A stretch of DNA of 64,000 nt. Source: Candidatus Lloydbacteria bacterium RIFCSPHIGHO2_02_FULL_50_18 (lineage in GTDB: Bacteria; Patescibacteriota; Minisyncoccia; Phycocordibacterales; UBA6899). The DNA lies in assembly GCA_001821395.1 (NCBI GenBank), contig MHLM01000014.1, positions 160,001 to 224,000 of the forward strand, given 5' to 3'. Of this stretch, positions 8,139-18,286 are shown piece after piece. Position numbers and translations under genes: made by a program. Under the pieces are notes generated by a model, which had not been told where the DNA came from, did no database searches, and worked only from the letters and a program-made list of their open reading frames with translations. Each line of letters starts with the position of its first letter. The stretch's first letter is position 1.

Positions 8139-9155
8139 TTAGTTGTCGCCCCCTCCACCACCGGCAGTCGAGCCGCCGCTATCGGGGGAGCTGAATGAGT
8201 CGAAGCTGCTCGAACTGCTCCCTGAACCGGAGTCATCACTGCGCTCCCAGTTGGACGAACTCGATTGAGTAGAAGCAATTTCAACCGCAGCTACTGCCGC
8301 AGCTGCTGCCGTAGCCGCATTCGTGCGTGCACTACGCGGCGGTGCATTGGAATATGAAGCAGGTCGCGTGGGCGGACGCTCGCGCCGTGCTTCCGGTCGC
8401 TTGGTAGGCAGAGGATATGTTGTGGGGAGGTCATCCTCACTCATTCTTTTCAGCCACTCGGCATATTCTTGTTTTTCACCGCGCACACGCTCCCGCTCCG
8501 CCTCCTCGTTCTTTCGTTTATTGATGCGATAGAGGTAAAGACAGAGCAGTGTTGATCCAAGAATAGCCAGCAAAAGAGGAACGGCAAATTCGAGACTTCG
8601 GTCACCTCCCGGCTGCCTTGTCACTGTTGTTTTCGGAACGAACTCATGCTTTGTGCGCTCCATAAGTGCATCAGTGCCTCGCATAAGTCCAAGCGCATAC
8701 GCCCCCAGTGTCCCATTATGCATCGCAGGCTTCATCGTTCCTTCGGTGATATTTTTAATCGCGAGATCAGGCACCGCGCCTTCAACGCCCCGTCCCGTGA
8801 CAATGCGTATCTTGTAAGGCGGAGTCTTGCCTGCGACGATGACGAGGATACCGGAGTCGATATCTGCTTGCCCCGGCTTCCATTTGTCAAAGAGTCCGAC
8901 GCCGAGGTCGATCAGTCCGGTGGGGTAGCCATAGTCCTGTGCTGACGTGATCGTTGCGATGACGATACTGACCTTGCTCGCATCGCGAAATTTCGCGAGT
9001 TTTGCGTTCAGCTCGTTCGCTTCATTCGGGCTTATCATCGACGCAAAGTCGTTGACGAAGCGGTCGGAAAGCGCGGGGAATTCGTTTGCGCCTGCGAGGG
9101 CAGCCGAAATGCAGAGAAAGATACCGAGCAGTAAGCGGGTGAATTTCATGGACAC
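8139..9155 (-). CDS. TPM-domain (TLP18.3/Psb32/MOLO-1) protein with C-terminal TM and Gly/Ser-rich tail
   Basis: signal peptide; DFASMISPNEANELNAKLAKF...SIVIATI...DSGILVIVAGKTPPYKIRIVTGRG pattern of TPM phosphatase domain. Confidence 0.7.
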   Translation of the reverse strand: MSMKFTRLLLGIFLCISAALAGANEFPALSDRFVNDFASMISPNEANELNAKLAKFRDASKVSIVIATITSAQDYGYPTGLIDLGVGLFDKWKPGQADIDSGILVIVAGKTPPYKIRIVTGRGVEGAVPDLAIKNITEGTMKPAMHNGTLGAYALGLMRGTDALMERTKHEFVPKTTVTRQPGGDRSLEFAVPLLLAILGSTLLCLYLYRINKRKNEEAERERVRGEKQEYAEWLKRMSEDDLPTTYPLPTKRPEARRERPPTRPASYSNAPPRSARTNAATAAAAAVAAVEIASTQSSSSNWERSDDSGSGSSSSSFDSFSSPDSGGSTAGGGGGDN

Positions 9156-9494
9156 TCCTTCTTTATGTTGAGTTCAATTTGAAGAGCTAACCGTTAGCAC
9201 AATAATACAATAAACATAATTTGTCAAAATTTTCTCAATGCGATGAGATACGCAATGGAGTACTCGGTTTGAGTGCAATTTGTTCAAGCAAAACAAACAG
9301 TCATTTAAAAGCTGTCGCTGCTCCGACCGATACTCAGCCTTATGAAATAGTATAAACTATACTTTTGATGTAAAATGAAAATGTTATTTTAGAACAAGAC
9401 ACATAATCGGAATTATGTGTCTCGCGGTTGTCTCCATGCTAGCGGATGAATGATAAAGGCAAAAGTGAAATTAAAACAATAAAAATAAAGAAAT

Positions 9495-12400
9495 ATGCAT
9501 ATATTTTTCAAATCATTGGTAGTGGGTGCGCTCTCCCTCTCTATACCATTTTTTGTCTCAGCAGAGGAAATACAACCAATTGTACCAGTATCTCAAATAC
9601 TCACAGATACGAATGAGATGAAGCCTATCGTGTTAGCCACTGTCAATCTTCAGAACGCCACCTCCACCCAAGAAGGACACACTTTCACTATCTCCTTCGA
9701 TCTGACAAATCGCGTGGGTGTCCAGCCTGGAGTGAAATATAGCGTAGTACTTATTAAGGAAACAGCTGTTGGGCAGACGATCGTAGATGAGCACGTATAT
9801 GACGAAACGATCAATCTGGGTGAAAATAGTTCTGTTCATAAAGTGGTCAATTACGCGCCCCCAACGAACATAGTGGGAGAGTACCTCCTCTTTATTTCTA
9901 GTGAGAACACAAGTGGATTTCCATTTGGACAAGCGACACTTGGAAAGGTGATCCTCAAGAGGAGTGATGCAGCTCAAAACCCTATTGTTATTGATACCGT
10001 AAGTTGCTATCTCACCGTAGAAGGGGAAAAAGATCAGCCTCACTATGCGCCTCGCCAGGGAGTCGATATCTCGATCGTTGAAAAATTACAAAGCAATTGT
10101 ATCGTAGAAAATACCTCGAATGTTCCAACTACCGCCACTCCTTCTTTTGTCACTCGCACCCGTTCCAATTTTGGTGAGATAGTATCCACGCAAGGTGGTG
10201 ATATGAACGCTGTTATATTTGCGCCGAATGAAAAAAAGACAATAGTAACATCTCTTCCAATATCGCTTACTCCACAATCTTACAATGTAAATCTTAAATA
10301 TGGAGCAACGAGTAATGAGATCTCCTACCACTATGTGATACAGGGCGCAGGCGGGACGATACAGAACATTCTTTTGGACAAAGATGCGTACGTCAAAGGG
10401 GAGACCGCAAATATTTCATTCATGTGGTCGCCTTCTGCCGATGGGTTCCCATACTCTCGTCAGGGGGCAAGTACTCAATTAACAAGTCCTTCCTTTGCTA
10501 TTTCGCTTGTTGATGAAACGGGAAATTCTTGTGCCAACTCCTTTAATCAGCCTCTATTGAGTGATGATATTCTTGTCCAAGCAAAGATAGCTATTATCTC
10601 TTCTTGTATTCATCCAAGAGCGAATGTGACGCTTGCCGATGCGAAGTTGGGGGTATTGGCACAAATGTCTTTTGAAACGGCCACGACGCCATCCCCATCA
10701 ATTCCGCAAAAAGAAACAAATACAAAAAACATCCTTGCGGTGATGCTGGTTATCCTTCTATCGGTGATATTTGCTTTTTTGATCTATCGTAATAAAAAGG
10801 TTCACTCTCTTCCCGTTGGCCCGCTTGTACTTCTCTTCGTGATCGGGTTCATGTTCACTCATGCGGAGATTGCGAGAGCGGATACGTTTTATACCGGATT
10901 TACTGGTACTACTCTTGTGAACGTATCGCTTAACAAGACTTCGTATGCCCCGGGGGAGCCGATGACAATAACTGGGTCAATAACCGTTGCTGGTTGTGCA
11001 AACTCAGGAGATTGGTATCTTCTTAAATACGGTGTCGATCTAGCTGTGGGCCCCTTTACCGGAGCATACCTCATTAGTCAGCGAATCGCTGGGGGGAGCA
11101 CTATTTTTTCTTCAGCCACTGTACCTGCCCCGCTGTTGGCAGGAAGTCATAGAGTCAATTTTCTTACTACGACAGGTTGGGTTGTCAGCAAATCTTATTT
11201 CTTACCTTTCACTGTTAATACTCCTTCTTGTACTGGCGCGACTCCCTGCGGTACTCCGGGTTCTTGCTTCGCAAAATCCGGCTGCAATAACGTCTGTGGC
11301 TCTACCGCCGTCAACGACTGTGCGGGTACCTGCGGAGGAGGCGCCGTAGACTACAATGGTGCAGTTGCAGGCTGTGGTTTCCCTGCCTGTACTGGAGCGA
11401 CTCCCTGCGGTACTCCGGGTTCTTGCTTCGCAAAATCCGGTTGTGATAACGTCTGCGGCTCTACCGCCGTCAACGACTGTGCAGGTACCTGTGGAGGAAG
11501 AGCTACCGACTACAATGGTGCAGTTGCAGGCTGTGGCGGACCACTTTCCATCACCGCAAACCCTGTTGCACCGATCACGCTTCCCACCACGACATTCACC
11601 TCTACGTATTCACTTACGAACGGTACGTCCGCGAACACGAATTGTCGTTTGCTTGATAATGCAAGTAATCCGCTCACCGGATATACTCCGTGCTCGGGGA
11701 GTATCGCCTACAACACTCCTGCTTCACCCGGTGCGTATGGTTATAATGTCCAAGCATTTAAGTCCTTGACCGGTGAGATCAAGACAAGCGCATTTACCGT
11801 GACGGTGAATGGTGCTGGCTGTTCCGCTACAACGATCGAGAACTGTGCACTTCCCGCAACCGCGACCGGAGGAAATGCGGGGAGTTGTAATAGCGGATAC
11901 GTCGGTTCCTGTAATTTCTCGTGTATGAACCGCGTATGGTCCTCGAATTCAAACTCCTGTACATTGATCCCTGCTCCCATCGTTACCGCCACAATAAACG
12001 GCGCGGCGACCGCATCGATAGGCTCGGGCGCACCATTCACCCTCGCAATGACCTCAAGCGGTGTTGGAGGGGGAACATGTTCATGGAGCCGCTCATCGGT
12101 TGCAAACAATCTCGGAGGAGATTTTGGGTTCGCGGCGATCCCCACAGCGAACGGGGGACCACAACAGTTCAACACCAACAATGTATTCTCCGGATGGAGG
12201 GGCCCAACAAAAGTGACTTGGATATTCAAATGTGACAATGGGTTCGGGCTCTCCACCTCAAGGTCTGTGGAACTCACCATTGCCGCTCCTGTTCCAGCGA
12301 TAACAATCAATCCGATCAATAATCTGCTTTTCGGTGATGTTCCGCTCAATAATACTCGTATTCGGACGTTCACCATCACAAATACCGGAGACATCGGTTC

Positions 12401-12935
12401 ATGGCTTATTGGTACGGTGACGACCGGAAATCCTCGTTTTGTCTGTACGGAAAGATGTACCTACGACCTTGGTGCGGGGGAAGTACAGACTGTGACCGTT
12501 ATCTTCACCCCTGGCGTTGTCGGTCCGATCTCTGCGTCAGTACTTTTCAACGGTAATCCCTCTCCCACGTTAATCTCTTCGGGAAACGGAATCGCACCAG
12601 TCATCATTGTTCCGGCATCGGTCGATTTCGGCAATGTCCCGATTATTCGCACTAAGGACCTCAGCTTTGTCATCAAAAATATTGGTACGGTAGATCTGGG
12701 CCTCACTACTTTTTGGGGGTATAATGCGCCGTACACCTGTATCTCCATGGCGACCTGCGCTCAAAACGGGATCAATCTTGCTCCAAACGTCGTGAACACG
12801 GTCACGTTACGGTTCTCTCCGACGGCCGCCATCGTCTACCCGACGCAAATAGGTACACTTTCCGGTCAGCCGCTTTACGCCATCCCTATCAGCGGTACCG
12901 GAGTGCAGCCGGTGTTCAATGTGAAGGAGCAGTAA
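9495..12935 (+). CDS. large (1146 aa) cell-surface protein with central TM hairpin, two tandem Cys-rich repeats and C-terminal ASH/Ig-like beta domains
   Basis: N-terminal signal peptide; internal ILAVMLVILLSVIFAFLIYRNKK + LPVGPLVLLFVIGFMF hydrophobic pair; repeats CTGATPCGTPGSCFAKSGC..; C-terminal FGDVPLNNTRIRTFTITNTG.. / VDFGNVPIIRTKDLSFVIKNIG.. motifs. Confidence 0.75.
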   Translation: MHIFFKSLVVGALSLSIPFFVSAEEIQPIVPVSQILTDTNEMKPIVLATVNLQNATSTQEGHTFTISFDLTNRVGVQPGVKYSVVLIKETAVGQTIVDEHVYDETINLGENSSVHKVVNYAPPTNIVGEYLLFISSENTSGFPFGQATLGKVILKRSDAAQNPIVIDTVSCYLTVEGEKDQPHYAPRQGVDISIVEKLQSNCIVENTSNVPTTATPSFVTRTRSNFGEIVSTQGGDMNAVIFAPNEKKTIVTSLPISLTPQSYNVNLKYGATSNEISYHYVIQGAGGTIQNILLDKDAYVKGETANISFMWSPSADGFPYSRQGASTQLTSPSFAISLVDETGNSCANSFNQPLLSDDILVQAKIAIISSCIHPRANVTLADAKLGVLAQMSFETATTPSPSIPQKETNTKNILAVMLVILLSVIFAFLIYRNKKVHSLPVGPLVLLFVIGFMFTHAEIARADTFYTGFTGTTLVNVSLNKTSYAPGEPMTITGSITVAGCANSGDWYLLKYGVDLAVGPFTGAYLISQRIAGGSTIFSSATVPAPLLAGSHRVNFLTTTGWVVSKSYFLPFTVNTPSCTGATPCGTPGSCFAKSGCNNVCGSTAVNDCAGTCGGGAVDYNGAVAGCGFPACTGATPCGTPGSCFAKSGCDNVCGSTAVNDCAGTCGGRATDYNGAVAGCGGPLSITANPVAPITLPTTTFTSTYSLTNGTSANTNCRLLDNASNPLTGYTPCSGSIAYNTPASPGAYGYNVQAFKSLTGEIKTSAFTVTVNGAGCSATTIENCALPATATGGNAGSCNSGYVGSCNFSCMNRVWSSNSNSCTLIPAPIVTATINGAATASIGSGAPFTLAMTSSGVGGGTCSWSRSSVANNLGGDFGFAAIPTANGGPQQFNTNNVFSGWRGPTKVTWIFKCDNGFGLSTSRSVELTIAAPVPAITINPINNLLFGDVPLNNTRIRTFTITNTGDIGSWLIGTVTTGNPRFVCTERCTYDLGAGEVQTVTVIFTPGVVGPISASVLFNGNPSPTLISSGNGIAPVIIVPASVDFGNVPIIRTKDLSFVIKNIGTVDLGLTTFWGYNAPYTCISMATCAQNGINLAPNVVNTVTLRFSPTAAIVYPTQIGTLSGQPLYAIPISGTGVQPVFNVKEQ
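11224..11546 (+). repeat. near-identical tandem 162-bp repeat x2 (encodes 53-54 aa, 8-Cys module)
   Basis: two consecutive copies differing at a handful of nucleotides. Confidence 0.85.
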
Positions 12936-12956
12936 ACGTTCGAGTCGGGAACCAAT

Positions 12957-12990
12957 TGCAGACAGACCACGCGTTCACGTGTGGCCTGTT
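12957..12990 (+). terminator. probable terminator after surface-protein gene
   Basis: CCACGCG-TTCA-CGTGTGG imperfect stem followed by T-rich run. Confidence 0.4.
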
Positions 12991-13092
12991 TCTGCTTCAT
13001 GGCGGATCGATCATTGCTTTTAGTTTGTCTGGATACGCAAGAGTGCGGATACTATTTTTTACGCGAGAAAATGATGTAGAAAGCAGGGTATA

Positions 13093-13758
13093 TTGATCTC
13101 CAGGATATTTGCTATACTCAGTTGTATGGATAGAAGGCTTACTCTTTTTTTACTTTTCACGATTGTCATCGTATTGCTTTTTTGGTACTCGAGCGTTTTG
13201 CAGGAGCAGTTCTATGTTGTTGTTAAAATCTTCGATGCGATCGTTCTTGAGAATCGGTCGTTGGCGATAGGGGTATTCGTGTTGGCCGCGGCAGTCGCTG
13301 CCCTGATAAGCCCACTCACCAATATACCGCTTGTGCCGATCGCGGTGGCGATCTGGGGCCCTTCTTTTACGACGGCTATTTTACTTTGCGGCTGGTTTAT
13401 CGGCGATATACTGGCATATGTTATCGGACGCTATGTGGGTCGAAAGGCCGTCTCCTACTTTGTGCCGGAGGAGCGACTTGAGCGATGGAGTAGCACCGTA
13501 AAGGAACACACGAATATTATTACTGCATTTTTTCTGCGTTTGGCACTTCCCGCCGAGCTTGGTTATGCATTCGGGATCGTGCGCTACCATGCCGGGTGGT
13601 ACATATTGATCACTGTTCTTGCCGAACTTCCGTTTGCCGTCGTTGCTACTTATGCGAGTGAAGCGGTCCTTTCCGGTGATGTGATAAAGTTTTTCTGGTT
13701 CACGGCGATACTCTTCCTGCTCATATTTTTTGCATTTTTCAAAATTCGTAAAAAGTGA
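13093..13758 (+). CDS. DedA/TVP38 (SNARE-associated) family membrane protein
   Basis: multi-TM with VPIAVAIWGPS...GDILAYVIGRYVGRK...LPAELGYAFG pattern; alternative ATG at 13126. Confidence 0.65.
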   Translation: MISRIFAILSCMDRRLTLFLLFTIVIVLLFWYSSVLQEQFYVVVKIFDAIVLENRSLAIGVFVLAAAVAALISPLTNIPLVPIAVAIWGPSFTTAILLCGWFIGDILAYVIGRYVGRKAVSYFVPEERLERWSSTVKEHTNIITAFFLRLALPAELGYAFGIVRYHAGWYILITVLAELPFAVVATYASEAVLSGDVIKFFWFTAILFLLIFFAFFKIRKK

Positions 13759-13818
13759 TGCACGATTAACCACCGTGCGCTTTTGTCACACAGTGGTTGG
13801 TCCAGGTGATGATAGCTC

Positions 13819-13850
13819 AATAAAAAAGTGCGACCATTTGGGGTCGCACT
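13819..13850 (-). terminator. terminator GTGCGACC-ATTTGG-GGTCGCAC
   Basis: perfect 8-bp stem with T-run on minus strand downstream of 13883..14332. Confidence 0.5.
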
Positions 13851-13882
13851 CAATCGATGCCTCTTTCTGTGAGCGTTTCTGT

Positions 13883-14332
13883 TTATCTGCGTCGCCGGAA
13901 AGTATCGGCTGCGTCCCCAGCTTCTATGATGTCTCTCACACAATTTGAGTAGACCCATGGTATGTCCGAGAACTGCGCGCATGCCGTAAAGTAGTCGACG
14001 TGCTCCGCGGGTGCATAGTTCATGCGGGGCGGATAATATATGCGCGGTTGCGGGTAATAGACCGGCGGCGGTAGATAGTAGACGGGAGGCGGCACATAGA
14101 CCGGCGGGGGAATATAAGGCGGAGCATAATTCTCGTGAATGATATATGCCCCCAATCCGCCGATAATGAGCGGTGCGATCCAATTCCCTCGATCATGGTG
14201 CTGATATTGCGGTCTTTGCTGCGGATACTGTTCATGATGGTGCCGCGGGTTAGCTTCAGCAGTTCCGACGATCACAAGTGCAATCGCTGTGACTACTGCG
14301 TAAAAAATCAATGACTTGTTCAATGATCTCAT
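13883..14332 (-). CDS. secreted Pro/Tyr-rich repeat protein
   Basis: signal peptide MRSLNKSLIFYAVVTAIALVIVGTAEA; PPPVYVPPPVYYLPPPVYYP repeats; His/Gln-rich stretch. Confidence 0.5.
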   Translation of the reverse strand: MRSLNKSLIFYAVVTAIALVIVGTAEANPRHHHEQYPQQRPQYQHHDRGNWIAPLIIGGLGAYIIHENYAPPYIPPPVYVPPPVYYLPPPVYYPQPRIYYPPRMNYAPAEHVDYFTACAQFSDIPWVYSNCVRDIIEAGDAADTFRRRR

Positions 14333-14548
14333 GTGATACTCCTGTGTGTGACGATGGACGAACTGCAAGCATTCTACTACTAATTAGATCAATCGTCAAT
14401 TATGAACACTGGTTGGCAATACAGCTGAAGCAGGGCGTTTTCAAAAAATGCTAGACATGTTGGATGCTTATTCCGGCATAGGATGGTGGAGAAAGAAGAA
14501 TCAAAAGACACACGACAGCATCATGATGTAGCGTATCTTATGACTCGC

Positions 14549-15685
14549 TTATTTATAGTAGATGCCGCCAAGTATGCGTTTACCGCGCGCGCCCGTTGCC
14601 TTGGGAAGGTTCCCCGGTCGCCGTAGCAGCGTCTGTTCTGCAAGCCATGCGAATGCAAGCGCTTCGACGTCTTGGGTGCCGACATTGAGCTCGTCCGTCA
14701 CCGTGATCCTTGCCTCCGGAATGAGCTCGCGCAATCGATTGCGTAGGGCAGAGTTCTGCGCTCCACCTCCGCAGCAATAGACCTCTGTCGTACCGCGGCA
14801 ATAGGCGTGGATGGCGCCGGCGATGGCGTGCGCCGTAACGGCAAGTAGCGTCGCCTGCACGTCGCATGCTGTATATTCAGGCTTCAGCGCGTGTTCATAC
14901 CACGCAGCATTGAACAGGTCGCGCCCGCTCGATCTTGGCGGCTTCTTCTTGAAATAGGGGTCGGCGAGGAGCCGTGAGAGAAGAGCGGGGATGACCGTAC
15001 CCGACGCTGCCCATTTCCCGTTCTTATCGAATGCCATCTTTTTGTTCTTCCGTATCCATGAATCCATGAGCATATTACCCGGTCCGGCATCAAATCCGAT
15101 GGTCGCTTTGACGGGGTTGAGATCGGTGATATTCGCTATGCCGCCGATGTTCAGGATCACACGATGAACTCTGGGGTGACGAAACATGACATCGTGGAAT
15201 GCCGGCACAAGCGGCGCACCTTCCCCACCCGCGGCAATGTCACGGCTACGAAAGTCGGAGACAACGGTGATGCCTGTTAATTCAGCAAGGAGAGAGGGAT
15301 TATTGAGTTGCAGTGTAAAACCAAGATTCGGGCAATGCAGTATCGTCTGCCCGTGACATCCGATCGCCGAAATATTTTTGGCGGGAAGGTTGGCATTCGC
15401 GAGCACGGCGGTGATGCTTTTTGCATACAAATGCGCCAACCGGTTTGCGGTTTTCGCGGCAAGCGTGAGCGAGCCCGCTTTGTCTTCGTGGAGGAGAAGC
15501 AGCGTTTCACGGAGTCGTTTGTCGAATCGGACGAACGCTGTCGCACGCACGGTAAACGGAGACTTGCTTAAGTCGGCGAGAACGGCGTCCGCGCCATCGA
15601 GGCTCGTGCCCGACATGATGCCGATGTAGTATGCTCGTTTTGCTCGACTCATCTCTTCAGTGTACCCGCGCCAAAAGGAGCTCAC
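14549..15685 (-). CDS. anmK: anhydro-N-acetylmuramic acid kinase
   Basis: YYIGIMSGTSLDGADAVLAD signature and overall AnmK-like length; likely true start at internal MSRAKRA (15652). Confidence 0.85.
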   Translation of the reverse strand: MSSFWRGYTEEMSRAKRAYYIGIMSGTSLDGADAVLADLSKSPFTVRATAFVRFDKRLRETLLLLHEDKAGSLTLAAKTANRLAHLYAKSITAVLANANLPAKNISAIGCHGQTILHCPNLGFTLQLNNPSLLAELTGITVVSDFRSRDIAAGGEGAPLVPAFHDVMFRHPRVHRVILNIGGIANITDLNPVKATIGFDAGPGNMLMDSWIRKNKKMAFDKNGKWAASGTVIPALLSRLLADPYFKKKPPRSSGRDLFNAAWYEHALKPEYTACDVQATLLAVTAHAIAGAIHAYCRGTTEVYCCGGGAQNSALRNRLRELIPEARITVTDELNVGTQDVEALAFAWLAEQTLLRRPGNLPKATGARGKRILGGIYYK

Positions 15686-15731
15686 AAGGAGGGGTATTTC
15701 CGTTTCTCGGCGTGTGGCGAGGAAATGAGTC

Positions 15732-16295
15732 GTGTATACTGAGCAGGTGAGATCAAATTTAGAAAATTTTCAGATCGAAACGGCGCGATTACTCCTTGTT
15801 CCCATCACCATGGAATATGCCGAGGAGATCTTTCGCGTATTCGATGATGAGATAACAAGGTATATGTACCCTGCGACGCCCGGCTCGATCGAGGATACGC
15901 GAATATTCATCAGAAAAAGTATCGAAGGATTCTCAAGAGGAGAAGAGATCGTGGCGGCAATTCTCACAAAAGACGCCCGTGAATTTATCGGAAATGTGGG
16001 TATCCATGACATCAACACGAGCACGCCCGAGCTAGGGATATGGATCAAGAAGGATGCGCATGGCCACGGTTATGGAAAAGAGGCGGTGACCGGACTTAAG
16101 GAATGGGCGGATACAGCGCTTGGCTATGAATATATCAAATATCCCGTCGTTGAGGAGAATATTCCAAGTAGGGCGATCGCGGAATCGCTGAATGGGAAAG
16201 AGGTACTGCGATATCCCAAAACAAACTTAAGCGGAGTAACACACGCGATGGTCGAGTATTATATTCATCCGAATGTACCTCATGCGCATCAGTAG
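15732..16295 (+). CDS. GNAT-family N-acetyltransferase (RimJ/RimL-like)
   Basis: LLLVPITMEYAEEIF...GNVGIHDI...GHGYGKEAV acetyl-CoA binding pattern. Confidence 0.7.
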   Translation: MYTEQVRSNLENFQIETARLLLVPITMEYAEEIFRVFDDEITRYMYPATPGSIEDTRIFIRKSIEGFSRGEEIVAAILTKDAREFIGNVGIHDINTSTPELGIWIKKDAHGHGYGKEAVTGLKEWADTALGYEYIKYPVVEENIPSRAIAESLNGKEVLRYPKTNLSGVTHAMVEYYIHPNVPHAHQ

Positions 16296-16341
16296 TGTGT
16301 TGCTCTTGCAAAACATGTGTAAAATGCAGTAATGTATAGTA

Positions 16342-16854
16342 ATGACCAGTGAATCACTACATGCCGTCGAAGATGAAAGTGTGGGCCTGCAAATTACCAG
16401 GAGAGATTTCTTGAAAGGGGTGTGCGGCGGGTTGGCGCTCTCAGCGATCGGGCTTGATTCCGAGGCAGTGGAGAGTAAGGAAAAAGATGAGTCCCCGTTT
16501 GACCATGAGGTACAGAGGAGGCTATTGGGCTTTGTGGCAAAAACAATGGACGTCGTACTCGACACCGACGTCATATCGCTTCCCACCGTGGTAGAGGCGG
16601 AAACGATATCAGATGCAGATTTTAATCAGATGATAGGATTTGACACAGAAGGGCATCGTAATAATTTATTTTTTCCGCCAAGCTGCATATTGTTATTGAA
16701 GAAAAGCAAGGCGCACAGCCTCGTGCATGAATACGTGCATTATATTCAGTACAACTATAAGGGGTACACTGATGGAACGACTGACGAGGTTGAAAATCAA
16801 GCGGTACGTATTCAAAATATATTTAGAGAAACAGGGGAAGGAGTTGTTCGTTGA
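16342..16854 (+). CDS. Tat-signal protein with HExxH motif (putative small metallopeptidase-like)
   Basis: twin-arginine RRDFLKG...ALSA; LVHEYVHYIQ near C-terminus. Confidence 0.5.
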   Translation: MTSESLHAVEDESVGLQITRRDFLKGVCGGLALSAIGLDSEAVESKEKDESPFDHEVQRRLLGFVAKTMDVVLDTDVISLPTVVEAETISDADFNQMIGFDTEGHRNNLFFPPSCILLLKKSKAHSLVHEYVHYIQYNYKGYTDGTTDEVENQAVRIQNIFRETGEGVVR

Positions 16855-16999
16855 GGCGGTGTTTGCTCCAACATGTAAATGATCGTTTTGTCCCGTTTTG
16901 ACATAATGGTAGATGGTCTTCATCTGGATTGCATAAGAAACGTAGTCATGCGAGTATTGTGAAAGGTGTGTTTTTTGTTCAACACTGAGGAGGTCTGAC

Positions 17000-17389
17000 G
17001 TGACCAACATAACTGAACGACTCGTGCGCCCGGAGCATATGAATGCGGCGGGTGCGCTTTTTGGGGGAGTCATCCTTGCGTGGATCGACGAAGCGGCTGC
17101 TATCGCTGCACGAAAACTTTTTCATACAACGAACTTCGCTACGGTGGCGATAACGGGGGGTATCTATTTTCGGCGCCCTATTTTTCTTGGAGACCTCGTG
17201 TCACTCCAAAGTACGCTCGTGCGCGTGGGGAGAACATCGATCGCGTTTCAGGTCGATATCAACGTTTTCGACTCGAAAGACCCAGCGCCCGTTTGCTCGG
17301 TGCAGGAGATCGTCTTTGTGCGGAAGGATGCACAAGGCACACCTTATCCTCACGGACTCTCTCCGCTGCTCATCACTCACACGCCGTAA
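17000..17389 (+). CDS. acyl-CoA thioesterase, hotdog fold (YciA-like)
   Basis: LVRPEHMNAAGALFGGVILAWIDEAAAIAA...TSIAFQVDI. Confidence 0.75.
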   Translation: MTNITERLVRPEHMNAAGALFGGVILAWIDEAAAIAARKLFHTTNFATVAITGGIYFRRPIFLGDLVSLQSTLVRVGRTSIAFQVDINVFDSKDPAPVCSVQEIVFVRKDAQGTPYPHGLSPLLITHTP

Positions 17390-17404
17390 TATGTCGCGAA
17401 AAGT

Positions 17405-17430
17405 ACACCGACCTGCTCGGTGTTTTTTGT
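17405..17430 (+). terminator. terminator ACACCGA-CCTGC-TCGGTGT + T6
   Basis: hairpin and T-run right after thioesterase stop. Confidence 0.6.
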
Positions 17431-17539
17431 TGAAAAAATATTTTACAAATAAAAGCACACGACGTGTTGCCTCCTCGCGTGTGAACAGTATCAATCATTA
17501 TACTTTTAGGTAAAGTTAATTCTTTTGCATGTTGGGAAC

Positions 17540-17570
17540 AATAATAAACCCCACGCATGATGCGTGGGGT
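17540..17570 (-). terminator. terminator CCCCACGCA-TGA-TGCGTGGGG
   Basis: 9-bp stem, A/T run on minus strand; downstream of 17579..18142. Confidence 0.55.
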
Positions 17571-17578
17571 GCGATAAA

Positions 17579-18142
17579 CTATATTTGCCTGCGGAGGATC
17601 AGGATGATCACTCCGCTTTGGATAAAAAAGAATGCGATCGGTGTGAGTGCGTATGCGATGGTCATCGAGGGGATCGCAAGTACACCGAGTGTTGCGGCAA
17701 GGAGTCCGTAGAGCCAGCCCCTAAGCGGTTCGTTGTGCGGGTCTTTCCAGAGGTTGATCAGCATCGGTATCGAACCAACGATGTTCGCAACGACACTGAT
17801 GGTGATCGCCACGTTTGCATTACCCGAGAAATACCACCCGACCAACGCCAGGATCACGAGTCCGAAGCAGAAGCTGTCGAGCTTCTTCCACTCGATCGTC
17901 ACCTTTTTTACGCCGCAGAGGATGACGATGAGTCCGGTCCCTGCGAAGTAGACGTACATTTGCCGGACAATAGAGTCCTTCGCGATCATCCCTGCCAAAA
18001 TGACTGCATCAACGATGAGCCATGAGAGCCACGTAGAGAGAGTTGGTCTCGACGTACCACTAAGGATGGAGCGAATGTATGGGACGTATGCCCACACTAC
18101 GGCGACTATCGCCAGTGCGGTAAAGAAAGAAACACGGTCCAT
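17579..18142 (-). CDS. 7-TM-like membrane protein (possibly PnuC/PQ-loop-like), unknown
   Basis: ATG at 18142 with GGGAGA RBS; start MDRVSFFTALAIV; repeated W-containing helices; track ORF extends to 18265. Confidence 0.45.
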   Translation of the reverse strand: MDRVSFFTALAIVAVVWAYVPYIRSILSGTSRPTLSTWLSWLIVDAVILAGMIAKDSIVRQMYVYFAGTGLIVILCGVKKVTIEWKKLDSFCFGLVILALVGWYFSGNANVAITISVVANIVGSIPMLINLWKDPHNEPLRGWLYGLLAATLGVLAIPSMTIAYALTPIAFFFIQSGVIILILRRQI

Positions 18143-18286
18143 AGAGATTCTCCCTAGGTGTTGTTGTGAAGGTGCGTTTGCTTGACAATGCATTATGTAA
18201 ACGAAAAAGTCAAACATGAAAAAGTATCTGCAGGCGGACCCTGAAAGAAGAAACGCCCTGCGCATGAAGCGCAGGGCGAGGATCGA

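Noticed and set aside
11741-12394. 217-aa minus-strand ORF inside the large surface-protein gene
   Set aside because: Antisense to a gene with signal peptide and conserved repeats; no RBS or start context.
17564-18025. 153-aa + strand ORF
   Set aside because: Antisense to the multi-TM membrane protein gene 17579-18142; acidic and Cys-rich artefact pattern.
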